Below, piece after piece: positions 1 to 9,049 of a stretch of 64,000 bases of DNA. The translations under genes and the position numbers were made by a program. Under the pieces are notes generated by a model. The model was not told where the DNA came from. It did not search any database and saw only the letters and a list, made by a program, of their open reading frames with translations. The number at the start of each line of letters is the position of its first letter. Position 1 is the stretch's first letter. Where the stretch lies: positions 40,618 to 104,617 of the forward strand of contig CAVUWV010000023.1 of assembly GCA_963745075.1 (NCBI GenBank). The letters are read 5' to 3'. The stretch is from Candidatus Hydrogenedentota bacterium. GTDB lineage: Bacteria > Hydrogenedentota > Hydrogenedentia > Hydrogenedentales > SLHB01.

Positions 1-1137
1 TCGATCCACTCGAAGCCGTCCAGAAAGGACCGATGCAGGTAGCCGCGCACGTCAATCCCGTTGGCTATTGCCTCGTGCAGAACGTCGAGATGGCGGGCGA
101 TGAACGAGCAGCGTTCGCTGTCATCGGCCGTATTGACGCCGTTACCGGCTACGAGCAGCGGCTTTTCGTATTGGGCAAGATCCTTCAAAACGTCCCACAA
201 ACCTTCCGGAGCGACGTTGTAGATGCCCGGTCGAATCGCATTGCCCGCGGAATCCGTAGCAGAGCGGAAGAATTGCAGTGGTTTACCCGCATGGAACCGC
301 ACGGTTTCTTTGCCGAAATACGATACGGCGATAAAGTCGGCCGCACCGCCGAGGCGACGCGCCCCACCCAGGGGGAATTGCGCTTCACCCCGGCACAAAG
401 CGTCCGGGAACACGTTGTTTGCGCGATGCATTTCCCGGCGCGCGGCGCGGAGGTCCCATGCGTTTTCGACGCTCAGCGGAACGCAGTTCCGCGCGCGGAC
501 CGAAACACCGACTTCGGCGTCGGGCTGGATCCGATGGATGATCTCATAGCTCTCCGCGTGGGCGTGCAGGAGATGATTGAGCGCGGCGTAGCAGGACCAG
601 AAGGCAGTTTTTCCGGGAGGCCACAACCCTTCCAACCAGGCCATGGTGACCAGATGCTCGGGCTCGAACAGGGGAATCCATCGCGTGCACCGGTCGGCCA
701 TGGCTTCCACCACGCGTTCAACGAAACGGGCGAATACCTCCGGCGAATCTCGCCGCGACCAGCCGCCCTGCGACGCAAACCAGGCCGGCAGGGTCACGTG
801 ATTCAGCGCGCAGATCGGTTCGATGGCGCGCCGCGCAATGGCGTCCGCAACTTCGGCGTAGTGGACCAGGGCGTCGCTGTCGAACCGATCCGGTTCGGGC
901 TGCACGCGGCTCCATTCGATGGAGAAAAGGTGCGCGTTGTGTCCCAGCTTGCGCGCGAGTTCGAAGTCGCCTTCATAGTGCTCGAAATGTTCCGATGCCC
1001 GGCTCGACGTGCCGGCGGTCGGCGATGCGGCCCGGACGCTGTTCCCAGCGCCACCAATCCGACGCGAAATTGCCGCCTTCGACCTGGTACGCAGACGTAG
1101 TGGCGCCCCAAAGGAACTCTTTCGGAAAGGTAATCAA
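1..1137 (-). CDS. Glycoside hydrolase family 1 protein; one +1 frameshift at ~1017-1018; 3' end runs off the window; catalytic motifs degenerate
   Basis: TTG start after GAGGAG. FPKEFLWGATTSAYQVEGG, then after removing one base ...LGHNAHLFSIEWSRVQP...ALNHVTLPAW...WIPLFEP...KPLLVAGNG...DVRGYLHRSFLDGFEW, i.e. GH1 motif order. Confidence 0.85.
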
Positions 1138-1218
1138 GCGGCACTCCTCACGGCGCGAACGTGGCGTGACAACGGCGTTGTTCAATGGTAGCATGGCCGT
1201 GCCGGTTGGAGGAAACAC

Positions 1219-2166
1219 ATGACGGACGGCGAGATCATCGTGCTCATGGCCTTGCTGCGCATTCCGGGCGCGGGCAACATGGCGGCGCGCCGGGCGGTGG
1301 CACTGGCAAAGCACCTGGTCGTTTCGCTGCACGAATTGCCGGAAATCCCCGCGCGGGAATTGCTGGAGCGGTTTCCGTCCAACCAAACGGACCAGCTCGC
1401 GACACTGCTTCCTCAATGTACGGCGGTTGCGCAGGTGCACGAAGGGCGCTTTCTCGACCGTGTGCTCCACTCGGGCGCGCAGGTGATTACGTGCGCCGAC
1501 AACGACTACCCCGAATCGCTCGCGCGTGACTTGGGCAACCGTGCGCCTGCCTTGCTTTTCCTCGCCGGCGACCGCGAATTGCTCGAAGCACCGGCGGCCG
1601 CCGTCGTCGGCGCGCGGGATGTGAGCCGGCGTGGTTCGATTCTGGCCGACGAAACGGCGGCAGCGTTCGCGCGGGCAGGAGTCGGCGTCGTCAGCGGCGG
1701 CGCGACGGGCGTAGACACGGCCGCCCATGCCGCGGTGCTGATAAACGGCGGTAAGACCGTCGTTGTGTTGCCGCAAGGGCTCCTCACCTTTCGTGGCTCG
1801 CGAGAACTGTTGCAGGCCGTGGAAGACGGACGCGCCGCGATCCTCAGCGAATTCCTCCCGGACATGACGTGGCAGACCCACGCGGCCGTGACCCGCAACG
1901 CGACCATCAGCGCGTTGGCGAATCTGGTGTGCGTCATCGAGCCGAAGAAACAGGGGGGCAGCGTGCGTACCGCGCGGTACGCCATCGAACACGGAAAACG
2001 GGTGTTGGTGTATTGCGACCCGCGTCACCGCGATCTCGCGGATACGTTGACCCGGGCCGGCGCCGGATCGTTGCTTGACGCGGACGGACAGTTCGATGCG
2101 GAATACCTGCTCGACCAGTGGAATACCGCCCCGACACCGGCCGGCGGACAGGCGGAACTGTTCTAA
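1219..2166 (+). CDS. dprA: DNA-processing protein DprA/Smf
   Basis: VVGAR, VVSGGATGVDTAAH, SEFLP, RNATISALA, VIE..KQGGS..TA..A motifs; GGAGG RBS. Confidence 0.88.
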   Translation: MTDGEIIVLMALLRIPGAGNMAARRAVALAKHLVVSLHELPEIPARELLERFPSNQTDQLATLLPQCTAVAQVHEGRFLDRVLHSGAQVITCADNDYPESLARDLGNRAPALLFLAGDRELLEAPAAAVVGARDVSRRGSILADETAAAFARAGVGVVSGGATGVDTAAHAAVLINGGKTVVVLPQGLLTFRGSRELLQAVEDGRAAILSEFLPDMTWQTHAAVTRNATISALANLVCVIEPKKQGGSVRTARYAIEHGKRVLVYCDPRHRDLADTLTRAGAGSLLDADGQFDAEYLLDQWNTAPTPAGGQAELF

Positions 2167-2266
2167 AAGGGGGGCACGGGCGTCTCGCCCGTGTTTGGAG
2201 CAACACGGTTCGCCGACGGGCACGAAGCAGATACCGGACGGGCGAGACGCCCATGCTCCCTTTTTT
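2165..2266. repeat. REP-like palindrome doublet in inverted orientation (may also terminate dprA)
   Basis: AAAAGGGGGGCACGGGCGTCTCGCCCGT (2165-2192) is a near-perfect inverted repeat of ACGGGCGAGACGCCCATGCTCCCTTTT (2238-2264); each arm is itself a hairpin. Confidence 0.75.
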
Positions 2267-2362
2267 GCCCGCTCCGAACCGACGAAGTCCGCAATTGTGT
2301 TAACCTGTGGGCGAGATCGTTCCTGCAAGGCGTGTTTCTCGAGTCCTCAAAGGAGAACAGTT

Positions 2363-3247
2363 ATGGCGACGGAAGCCGTACCGTATCGGTCGATACACGA
2401 AATGGTGGGAAATACCTTCACTCCGATGAAATCTGCGGCGGATGCGACGCAGTTCAGGCTGAGTGATGCACAAGCGGACGAATTTCGTGAACGCGGGTTT
2501 GTAAAGGGGCCGCGTGTGTTGAATGACATGCAGATTGGGGTCCTGCGCGAGGGACTCGAACGGATCCGCACTGGCGAGAACGAGCGGCTCGGCGAACTGT
2601 ACGAGGTCGACGATGCGTGGAAGAATGCGCCCGAACAGAACGTCTTCCACTTCCTGGGCGCCTGGCGCATCGACGAAGCCTTTCACGATATTCTGTTTCA
2701 TCCCGCCGTGACGGTGCCCGTGAGCCAGTTGTTGGACACGCCGCGCGTGCGGTTCTGGCACGACCAGGTCTTCTATAAACCCGCGCGGCACCCGGGCGTC
2801 GTGGCGTGGCACCAGGACTACTCGTACTGGACACGCAGCGTGCCCGCGCGGCATCTCACCATCTGGATCGGCCTCGACGACTCGACCCTGGCCAACGGCT
2901 GCATCCACTTCGTGCCGGGGAGCCACCAGTGGCCCTTGTTGCCGAAACTGCAACTGCTGGAGAACATGGACGCGATCCGCGACATCCTCACGCCCGAACA
3001 ACTCGCCGCGTTCAAACCGGAGCCCATGGAACTCAAGGCCGGCGAATGCTCCTTCCACGACTCGATGACCCTCCACGGTTCCTACGGCAACAATTCCGAC
3101 ATCCCCCGCCGCGGCGTCGTCCTCAACTTCATGCACCCCGAAACCAAAAGCGCCGACGGCACGAAACCCCTGCTGGTACACACGCCCGTCATCCCGGAGG
3201 GTGACGTGATCGAGGGCAAGGATTTCCCGATTGTGTATGACGGCTGA
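2363..3247 (+). CDS. Phytanoyl-CoA dioxygenase (PhyH) family Fe(II)/2OG dioxygenase
   Basis: AAGGAG RBS; WHQD, NGCIHFVPGSH, LHGS..N..D.PRR motifs. Confidence 0.9.
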   Translation: MATEAVPYRSIHEMVGNTFTPMKSAADATQFRLSDAQADEFRERGFVKGPRVLNDMQIGVLREGLERIRTGENERLGELYEVDDAWKNAPEQNVFHFLGAWRIDEAFHDILFHPAVTVPVSQLLDTPRVRFWHDQVFYKPARHPGVVAWHQDYSYWTRSVPARHLTIWIGLDDSTLANGCIHFVPGSHQWPLLPKLQLLENMDAIRDILTPEQLAAFKPEPMELKAGECSFHDSMTLHGSYGNNSDIPRRGVVLNFMHPETKSADGTKPLLVHTPVIPEGDVIEGKDFPIVYDG

Positions 3248-3341
3248 AGGATAAGGGATGCGGTAAGAATCCTCTCGCACCCCAGCGGCCGAATCGTGCC
3301 AATATTATGTTGCGTGCGATATTGACAGGAGGTCGAGTATC

Positions 3342-3611
3342 ATGAGCGTGCGAGCGGATAGCATCCCAGAAATCCGCGCCATGAGTGTCGCGGAGAAAAT
3401 ACTTCTGGTGGAGGACATCTGGAATAGCATCGCTTCGCAGGAATGCGAAGTTCCCGTCCCCCCGAGCCACATTAATGAATTGGAGAAGCGACGTGAGAAT
3501 CTCGACCCGGGAAACCTACTATCGCTCGAAGAACTTCGCATCCGAATTGATCGTAAAACCATGGCAAACGTGCAGCCACGAACGGCAGAGAAATGTACAA
3601 ACCGCGCTTGA
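3342..3611 (+). CDS. Addiction-module antitoxin (TIGR02574-like), no cognate toxin adjacent
   Basis: LSVAEKILLVEDIWNSI-type helix, EL.KR, SLEEL motifs; AGGAGG RBS. Confidence 0.75.
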   Translation: MSVRADSIPEIRAMSVAEKILLVEDIWNSIASQECEVPVPPSHINELEKRRENLDPGNLLSLEELRIRIDRKTMANVQPRTAEKCTNRA

Positions 3612-3781
3612 CGTACTTTCGAAAGGAAGACGTACTGCACTTGACGATTCTGGAGGAAACCGCGGCAGGCAGCACCGAACCCTGCCCGATCGTCACGGCC
3701 GAATTCAACGTGAAAGGCGATCTGATTGGCATCGAAATTCTCAATGCTAGCAGCTTCTTGAACCCTAGGCACACAGGGTAG
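3593..3781 (+). CDS. DUF2283-family small protein
   Basis: Y...EDVLHL...G.LIGIEILNAS signature. Confidence 0.75.
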   Translation: MYKPRLTYFRKEDVLHLTILEETAAGSTEPCPIVTAEFNVKGDLIGIEILNASSFLNPRHTG

Positions 3782-3793
3782 AGAAGGGAAGCT

Positions 3794-4495
3794 ATGAATA
3801 CTGGTATTCGATTCTGGTTCATCCTAGTGCTTGCTTCTTCGATCCACGCGCTTGCACCCCTTCCTGCGTACGGGACAGCTCAGGAATCCGATCTGCTTGT
3901 CTTAAACGGGAAGGAACGTGAAATTCTGACCAATCCACTTGAAACGTTTTTGCGCGAGCACCCCGAAAAACGTCCTTCATCGGACGTTCAGCTTACATCG
4001 CTGTGGCGGGGATACATTGCCGTGTGGAACATCGATGACGATAGACTATCCCTTGTCGACGTAGCGGTTAGGCGAATACGCGTGGGCGACGAGGACTCGT
4101 GGTTGATGGAGACCGAGTCAGTCCTTTCGGCGGTATTCCCCGGGCAGGATTCTGTACCTGCCACGTGGTATACGGGGTACCTTATCGTTCCCGACGGAAA
4201 ACGGATCGAGTACGTACATATGGGGTACGGGTCCTTATACAAACGATACATTGTCCTGACCGTGCGCAAAGGAACTGTGACTCAACGCGAGCAACTCAAA
4301 GCCAGAGGATTCCGGGAGTTTCGCGAGAAGCAGTTCGAGTCATTCAAGGAAACCGTTGAATACAGGGACGAATTGGCCAAGCTTCAAGACGGAAGGGACC
4401 GATCGAGAGAGGAACTTGAAGACTTTCTTTTTGACTATCTCTCGGAGCAGTACACGAACATGATTTTCGATTCCGAATCGGAGCGTAGACCTTGA
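3794..4495 (+). CDS. Secreted conserved hypothetical protein
   Basis: Signal peptide followed by TAQ.SD, NPLE, S..WRGY.A.W, HMGYGS.Y motifs. Confidence 0.7.
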   Translation: MNTGIRFWFILVLASSIHALAPLPAYGTAQESDLLVLNGKEREILTNPLETFLREHPEKRPSSDVQLTSLWRGYIAVWNIDDDRLSLVDVAVRRIRVGDEDSWLMETESVLSAVFPGQDSVPATWYTGYLIVPDGKRIEYVHMGYGSLYKRYIVLTVRKGTVTQREQLKARGFREFREKQFESFKETVEYRDELAKLQDGRDRSREELEDFLFDYLSEQYTNMIFDSESERRP

Positions 4496-4559
4496 TCCAG
4501 AATCCCCTCTCCACCGGCCGACTTGGACACGGTCGTTTCCAAACTGTTACGACGGCGCC

Positions 4560-4579
4560 TACAACATTTGTTGTATACT
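4560..4579 (+). promoter_or_regulatory. Palindromic operator overlapping -10 box upstream of the DUF433 TA operon
   Basis: TACAACA-TT-TGTTGTA perfect 7-bp palindrome (4560-4575) overlapping TATACT (4574-4579). Confidence 0.5.
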
Positions 4580-4619
4580 TCTACCGGACAGTGTTTTCAC
4601 CGCAGAGGCAAGAAGAATC

Positions 4620-4850
4620 ATGGATGAACTGACGCGCATCACCTTTAACCCGGAAGTAATGGGAGGAAAACCCTGCATCCGCGGGCTCCGAGTCACGGTA
4701 GGGACAGTAGTGGGACTTGTCGCGTCAGGCTGCTCCACGGATGAGATACTGAGACTATACCCATACCTGGAGGCGGATGATATCAAGGAAGCGCTGTCCT
4801 ACGCCGCGTGGCGAGCGGAGGAAATCGAAGTCCCCATTAGCCGCCAATGA
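4620..4850 (+). CDS. DUF433 antitoxin
   Basis: RITFNPEVMGGKPCIRGLRVTV...YPYL...DIKEAL.YAA. Confidence 0.92.
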   Translation: MDELTRITFNPEVMGGKPCIRGLRVTVGTVVGLVASGCSTDEILRLYPYLEADDIKEALSYAAWRAEEIEVPISRQ

Positions 4851-5221
4851 AATTCCTCATTGACATGAACCTTTCTCCGGAATGGGTACACGTCTTTGAG
4901 CGCGAAGGCTGGCAGTCTGCGCATTGGTCCGACATCGGCGATCCGGGGGCGCTAGACCGCACAATTCTGGCATGGGCACAGGTAAACGAGTATTGCATCG
5001 TCACCCACGATCTGGACTTCGGTGCGATTCTGGCCGCCACCGGCAATCAGAGCCCAAGTGTCGTGCAAATCAGAACGCAAAATGTGACTCCTGGACACTT
5101 GGGAAGTTTACTCATCGAGGTACTCCGTCAACACGAGTTGGCCATCGATAGCGGAGCACTAGTGGTTGTGGATGAATCTAAATCGAGAGTCCGCGTCTTA
5201 CCGTTGCGAAGCCAAAGGTAG
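4847..5221 (+). CDS. DUF5615 PIN-like toxin (VapC45 type)
   Basis: MKFLIDMNLSP...D..I...A......VTHDLDFG; ATGA overlap with the DUF433 gene. Confidence 0.9.
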   Translation: MKFLIDMNLSPEWVHVFEREGWQSAHWSDIGDPGALDRTILAWAQVNEYCIVTHDLDFGAILAATGNQSPSVVQIRTQNVTPGHLGSLLIEVLRQHELAIDSGALVVVDESKSRVRVLPLRSQR

Positions 5222-5570
5222 TCTGAACCGTCCTTCCTGGTCCGCATCTCAACTCCGCAGCATTCGATGGTCAAGAAGGTCCATGCCGGGGAACCCCGTT
5301 GTGGCGCTGGACTTGCACACCCTTGGCCAGGGCTGTGGCTCTCTCGGAACGCCGCGCGGATATCCCCGGGTATCCCCCGCAACGGACCCTGTACTCGAAA
5401 AATCATGACAGTTCGCCTTCTCCGGACGCATATGCAAATCGGGTTGGACTTCACTGCGGCGCCGCCGTCGTAGACGGTTTGAAACCGGATCGCTGCAATA
5501 CTGGTGCGCATTTTCCCCGAAACTTTGTTATGCTTGGAGGTGTCGGTATGCAGCGACAAGGAGCGGACCC

Positions 5571-6713
5571 ATGGCGCGGGAAACATACGACGTTATCGTG
5601 CTCGGACTTGGGGCGATGGGCAGTGCGGCCATGTACTATCTGGCCGAATGCGGGGCCCGGGTCTGTGGCATCGAGCGGCACGGCATCGCCCATGACCTGG
5701 GCAGTTCGCACGGGGGCACCCGTGTGTTCCGGAAGGCGTATTTCGAACACCCCGACTATATCCCACTCTTGGAGCGTTCCCAGGCCGAGTGGCAAAAGCT
5801 GGAACAAGCGACGGGCGTCGAGCTTTTAGTGCCGAGCGGGCTGATTCTCTCCGGCGTTCCGGAGTCCCCCCTGATCCGAGGACTTGACGCGTGCTACGCG
5901 GCCCACGATCTTCCACACCGGAAGATGAGTGCGGGCGAAGCGCGCGCCGAATTCACGCAGTTCCGGTTGCCGGGCGATCACGTTGTCTATCACGATCCCG
6001 AAGCGGGCTACCTGCGGCCGGAAGCGTGCATCGAACAGCACGTTGCGATGGCGCGACAGGAAGGCGCGACGCTGTTGCTTCACGAAGACGCGCTTGCCTG
6101 GCGTTCGGACGGCACATCGGTAACGGTCACGACGAATCAGCGTGAAATCTCCGCAGGCAATCTGGTTTTGACCGCGGGACCGTGGGCGGCGGGGACGCTG
6201 GGTGAATTGGGGGTTGCCTTCCATGTGCTGCGCAAAGTGCAACTCTGGTATACCGCGCCGGATATGACGCGCTATCGCGCGGGCGAGATGCCGTGCTTTT
6301 ATGTGGACACCGACTACGGTGGTTTTTACGGTTTCCCGGCGATTGACGAATTGGGCATCAAGATCGCCGAGCATACCGGCGGCGATCCGGTGGACGATCC
6401 GGATAACCTGAACCGCGGCCTCGAGACGGAAGATGAAACGAAGATTCACCGCTTGCTCAACGACGTGTTTCCGTCGATGGACCCTCATCGCACGCATTTC
6501 AGCGTGTGCATGTACTCGATAACGGCGGATCATCACTTTATCATCGACAAGCACCCTCGGCACAAGAACGTCATCATCGCGGCCGGATTTTCCGGTCACG
6601 GTTTCAAATTCGCCCCGGTCATCGGGGAGATTCTTTCGGACCTTGTGGTGGACGGCACCACGATGCACCCGTTGGATCTTTTCAAGATTGACCGGTTCGC
6701 TCACGCGTTCTGA
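5571..6713 (+). CDS. solA: N-methyl-L-tryptophan oxidase / monomeric sarcosine oxidase family
   Basis: GLGAMGSA FAD motif, GSSHGGTR, VCMY, GFSGHGFKFAP. Confidence 0.88.
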   Translation: MARETYDVIVLGLGAMGSAAMYYLAECGARVCGIERHGIAHDLGSSHGGTRVFRKAYFEHPDYIPLLERSQAEWQKLEQATGVELLVPSGLILSGVPESPLIRGLDACYAAHDLPHRKMSAGEARAEFTQFRLPGDHVVYHDPEAGYLRPEACIEQHVAMARQEGATLLLHEDALAWRSDGTSVTVTTNQREISAGNLVLTAGPWAAGTLGELGVAFHVLRKVQLWYTAPDMTRYRAGEMPCFYVDTDYGGFYGFPAIDELGIKIAEHTGGDPVDDPDNLNRGLETEDETKIHRLLNDVFPSMDPHRTHFSVCMYSITADHHFIIDKHPRHKNVIIAAGFSGHGFKFAPVIGEILSDLVVDGTTMHPLDLFKIDRFAHAF

Positions 6714-6775
6714 CGGCGTGCACCGTCGACATAACCCGTATACAATAGGAAGGAAGAACTGCGCTTCCCCCCGGC

Positions 6776-7672
6776 GTGCAGAGAAAGGAGTTTGAACTCA
6801 TGCCCGACGGAGTCATCACGGATGACCAGATACGGTTTTTCCGCGAGAACGGATATCTGATTCTCCGCAGCGTTATCCATGGCGAAGAGTTTACGCGTTT
6901 GCGCAACGCCATGAACCGGCTCACCGAATACGGCAAGCTGGGGGTCCAGGGGGAACCCGACTACTTGTACGAACCCGGGCCGAAATCGGGGACGCGGGTC
7001 CTTCGCCGCATTGAATACATCGTGGACAAGGCGGACGAGGCGAAGGTGCTGCTCGGCCATCCGTTTATCCTGCGGTCGGTGGAGAAGCTGGCGGGCAGCG
7101 ATTTCATACCGACGTGGGATTCGCTGGTGACGAAACTGCCCAAGGAGGGGGCGCAGATCCCTTGGCATCGCGACGCAGACACGCGGTACATGGGCGACAC
7201 GCCCATCTTCAGCGTGGATTTCTATCTCGATCCCGCGGACGAGGATACGTGCCTGTGGATCTTGCCCGGCAGCCACCGGTGGGGCACGGAGGACGCGGAG
7301 CGCGCCATTGGCCGCCCGGGGTTTGAGACGAAAGGCGCGAAGCCCATGGTCATGCAGCCGGGGGACGTGCTGTTCCACAACATCTTCCTGTTGCACGGGT
7401 CGAAGGAAAACGTGTCGCTAAAAACCCGGCGTGTGATCTATTTCGAGTTTCGCACGGCGCACATCGAAGCGGCGAAGGGTCCCCACACGCCGGAGTATAT
7501 CCGGCTCAAACAGCGGATCTTGTTGGATTGCATCGAACGGCGCAAAGCCGCGCCGTATGTGGCGGAGGACGAAACGCCGTACACCTACGCGCCGCCGGGA
7601 CCGTGGAAGGTGGAACCGGTCAGCGAGCCGCTCTCGTCGCACCGCGTTCCGCACGAGGAGTATTGGCGGTAA
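6776..7672 (+). CDS. Phytanoyl-CoA dioxygenase family protein (start may be 6800)
   Basis: FFRENGYL, WHRD, LPGSH, PGDVLFH..LLHGS. Confidence 0.88.
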   Translation: MQRKEFELMPDGVITDDQIRFFRENGYLILRSVIHGEEFTRLRNAMNRLTEYGKLGVQGEPDYLYEPGPKSGTRVLRRIEYIVDKADEAKVLLGHPFILRSVEKLAGSDFIPTWDSLVTKLPKEGAQIPWHRDADTRYMGDTPIFSVDFYLDPADEDTCLWILPGSHRWGTEDAERAIGRPGFETKGAKPMVMQPGDVLFHNIFLLHGSKENVSLKTRRVIYFEFRTAHIEAAKGPHTPEYIRLKQRILLDCIERRKAAPYVAEDETPYTYAPPGPWKVEPVSEPLSSHRVPHEEYWR

Positions 7673-7822
7673 GGCGAGGGGTGGTACGAAGCGGTCTTTG
7701 TGCGCGCTGCGTGCGTTCATCGTGATTCGTAATCGTGCTCGTTATCGTAATCGGAAAAAAGGGACTACGCGTGCCTGCCATGTTCGAAGAGTCGATTACG
7801 AGAGGACGAGGGGGCAGTTGCG

Positions 7823-8251
7823 TCACGCGGGTTGCGGCAACAGGTACAGGATCACGTAAATCAGTACCCCCGTCACGGAGACATACATCCACACCGGCCA
7901 GAGCCAGCGCGTGATCCGGGTATGGGCCTCGAATCGTCCCTTGAGCGCGAAGTACACGGCGGCAAGAATGAACGGCGTCATCAACGTCGCGAGAGGGGTG
8001 TGGCTGAGCAGGATGGCGAAGTAGAGGATCCGCATCGCGCCATGACCCTGGTACCGGGTGATGCCGGCGGCGGTGAAGTGGTAGTACATGTAGCAGGTCA
8101 GGAACGCCGCCGATGCCACCAACGCCGCGAGCATAAGGGCCTTGTGACGGTCGCGGTTGCCGGATTTAATCGCGCGCCAGCCCAGAAACAGCAGCACGGC
8201 GGCGATGCCGTTCAGCGTGGCGTTGATGGTAGGAAGCAGCGGGATACTCAT
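7823..8251 (-). CDS. DUF420 membrane protein (CtaM/YozB-like, cytochrome oxidase biogenesis)
   Basis: LPTINATLN, H..LM, ILLSH..LA, H..ITRW..PVWMYVSVTGV..Y. Confidence 0.9.
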   Translation of the reverse strand: MSIPLLPTINATLNGIAAVLLFLGWRAIKSGNRDRHKALMLAALVASAAFLTCYMYYHFTAAGITRYQGHGAMRILYFAILLSHTPLATLMTPFILAAVYFALKGRFEAHTRITRWLWPVWMYVSVTGVLIYVILYLLPQPA

Positions 8252-8295
8252 CGCTAAAGTTTCAATTCTCGATCCTGGCGAACTTACAATCTTGT

Positions 8296-8347
8296 CGATT
8301 ACGATTACGATTACGATTACGATTACGTTTACGTTTACGTTTACGAG
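8296..8347. repeat. Hexamer tandem repeat (CGATTA)5(CGTTTA)3
   Basis: Read directly from the sequence. Confidence 0.95.
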
Positions 8348-8359
8348 GGGGAGTGTGAA

Positions 8360-8992
8360 TTACGATTCCGACTTCTCTTGGAGCAGCCGATCGATGTCGC
8401 CTTTGAGACGGAGGGTGTCCGCTTCATCCATGCCGTCGTAGTAGCCCCGGATGTGGCCGTTGCCGTCGATGAGCACGAAGCGCTGGCTGTGCGCCATGGG
8501 AGTTTCCGGCACGCCGACCTTGAAGCCTTCCGTACCGGCCATCCGATTGATCTTCTCGATGGGACCCGTGAGGAAGTGCCAGCGGTTGGTGTCGGCCTGA
8601 TGCTCGTTCGCGTACTCGGCCAGCACCTCCGGCGAATCCGTATCCGGGTCCGTCGAAAAGGAAACGAACTGGACACGATCGTTGCCGGTGTACTTGTCGT
8701 GCAGGGTCTTCATGTTTTTCGACATGACGGGGCAAGCGCCTTGGCAGGACGTCAAGAACAGATCCGCCACCCAGACTTTCCCGACGAGCTGCGCCTTGGT
8801 GAATTCGTTACCGGTCGAGTCGACCAGCGAAAAATCCGGCACGACGCCTACGTCATAGAGTGAGTCCGGTTCGGTTTGCACGCCGGGCGTGGCCTTGACG
8901 GCGGAGGTGCGCTGGATGAACAGCGGCGTCACGCTGAGGGCGACCAGGATGACGGCCAGGATGGCGATGAGGGCGATTCTGCGGGAATTCAT
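8360..8992 (-). CDS. SCO1/SenC copper chaperone
   Basis: N-terminal TM helix, FLTSCQGACP (CxxxC), DPDTDSPEVL..YA, HSQRFVLID..G.IRGYY. Confidence 0.93.
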   Translation of the reverse strand: MNSRRIALIAILAVILVALSVTPLFIQRTSAVKATPGVQTEPDSLYDVGVVPDFSLVDSTGNEFTKAQLVGKVWVADLFLTSCQGACPVMSKNMKTLHDKYTGNDRVQFVSFSTDPDTDSPEVLAEYANEHQADTNRWHFLTGPIEKINRMAGTEGFKVGVPETPMAHSQRFVLIDGNGHIRGYYDGMDEADTLRLKGDIDRLLQEKSES

Positions 8993-9049
8993 GATGCGGT
9001 TTCCTGTACTGCCTGAATTATGGCTTCATGACCCACGGGGCCGGAGCGG

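Noticed and set aside
33..1100. 355-aa plus-strand ORF, and similar long antisense ORFs (973-2328, 14025-15566, 21714-23402, 43290-44627, 52005-53291, 59529-60848, 62483-63994)
   Set aside because: Shadows of recognisable genes on the opposite strand or in another frame, as expected in high-GC DNA; no motifs of their own
2363..2425. N-terminal 20 aa of the first PhyH gene resembling the start of an acyl-CoA ligase (possible fusion scar)
   Set aside because: Too short to support homology without a search
5280..5500. Degenerate palindromic fragments (AACCCCGTTG.., GACGGTTTGAAACCG) after the TA operon
   Set aside because: Too eroded to define boundaries or a family
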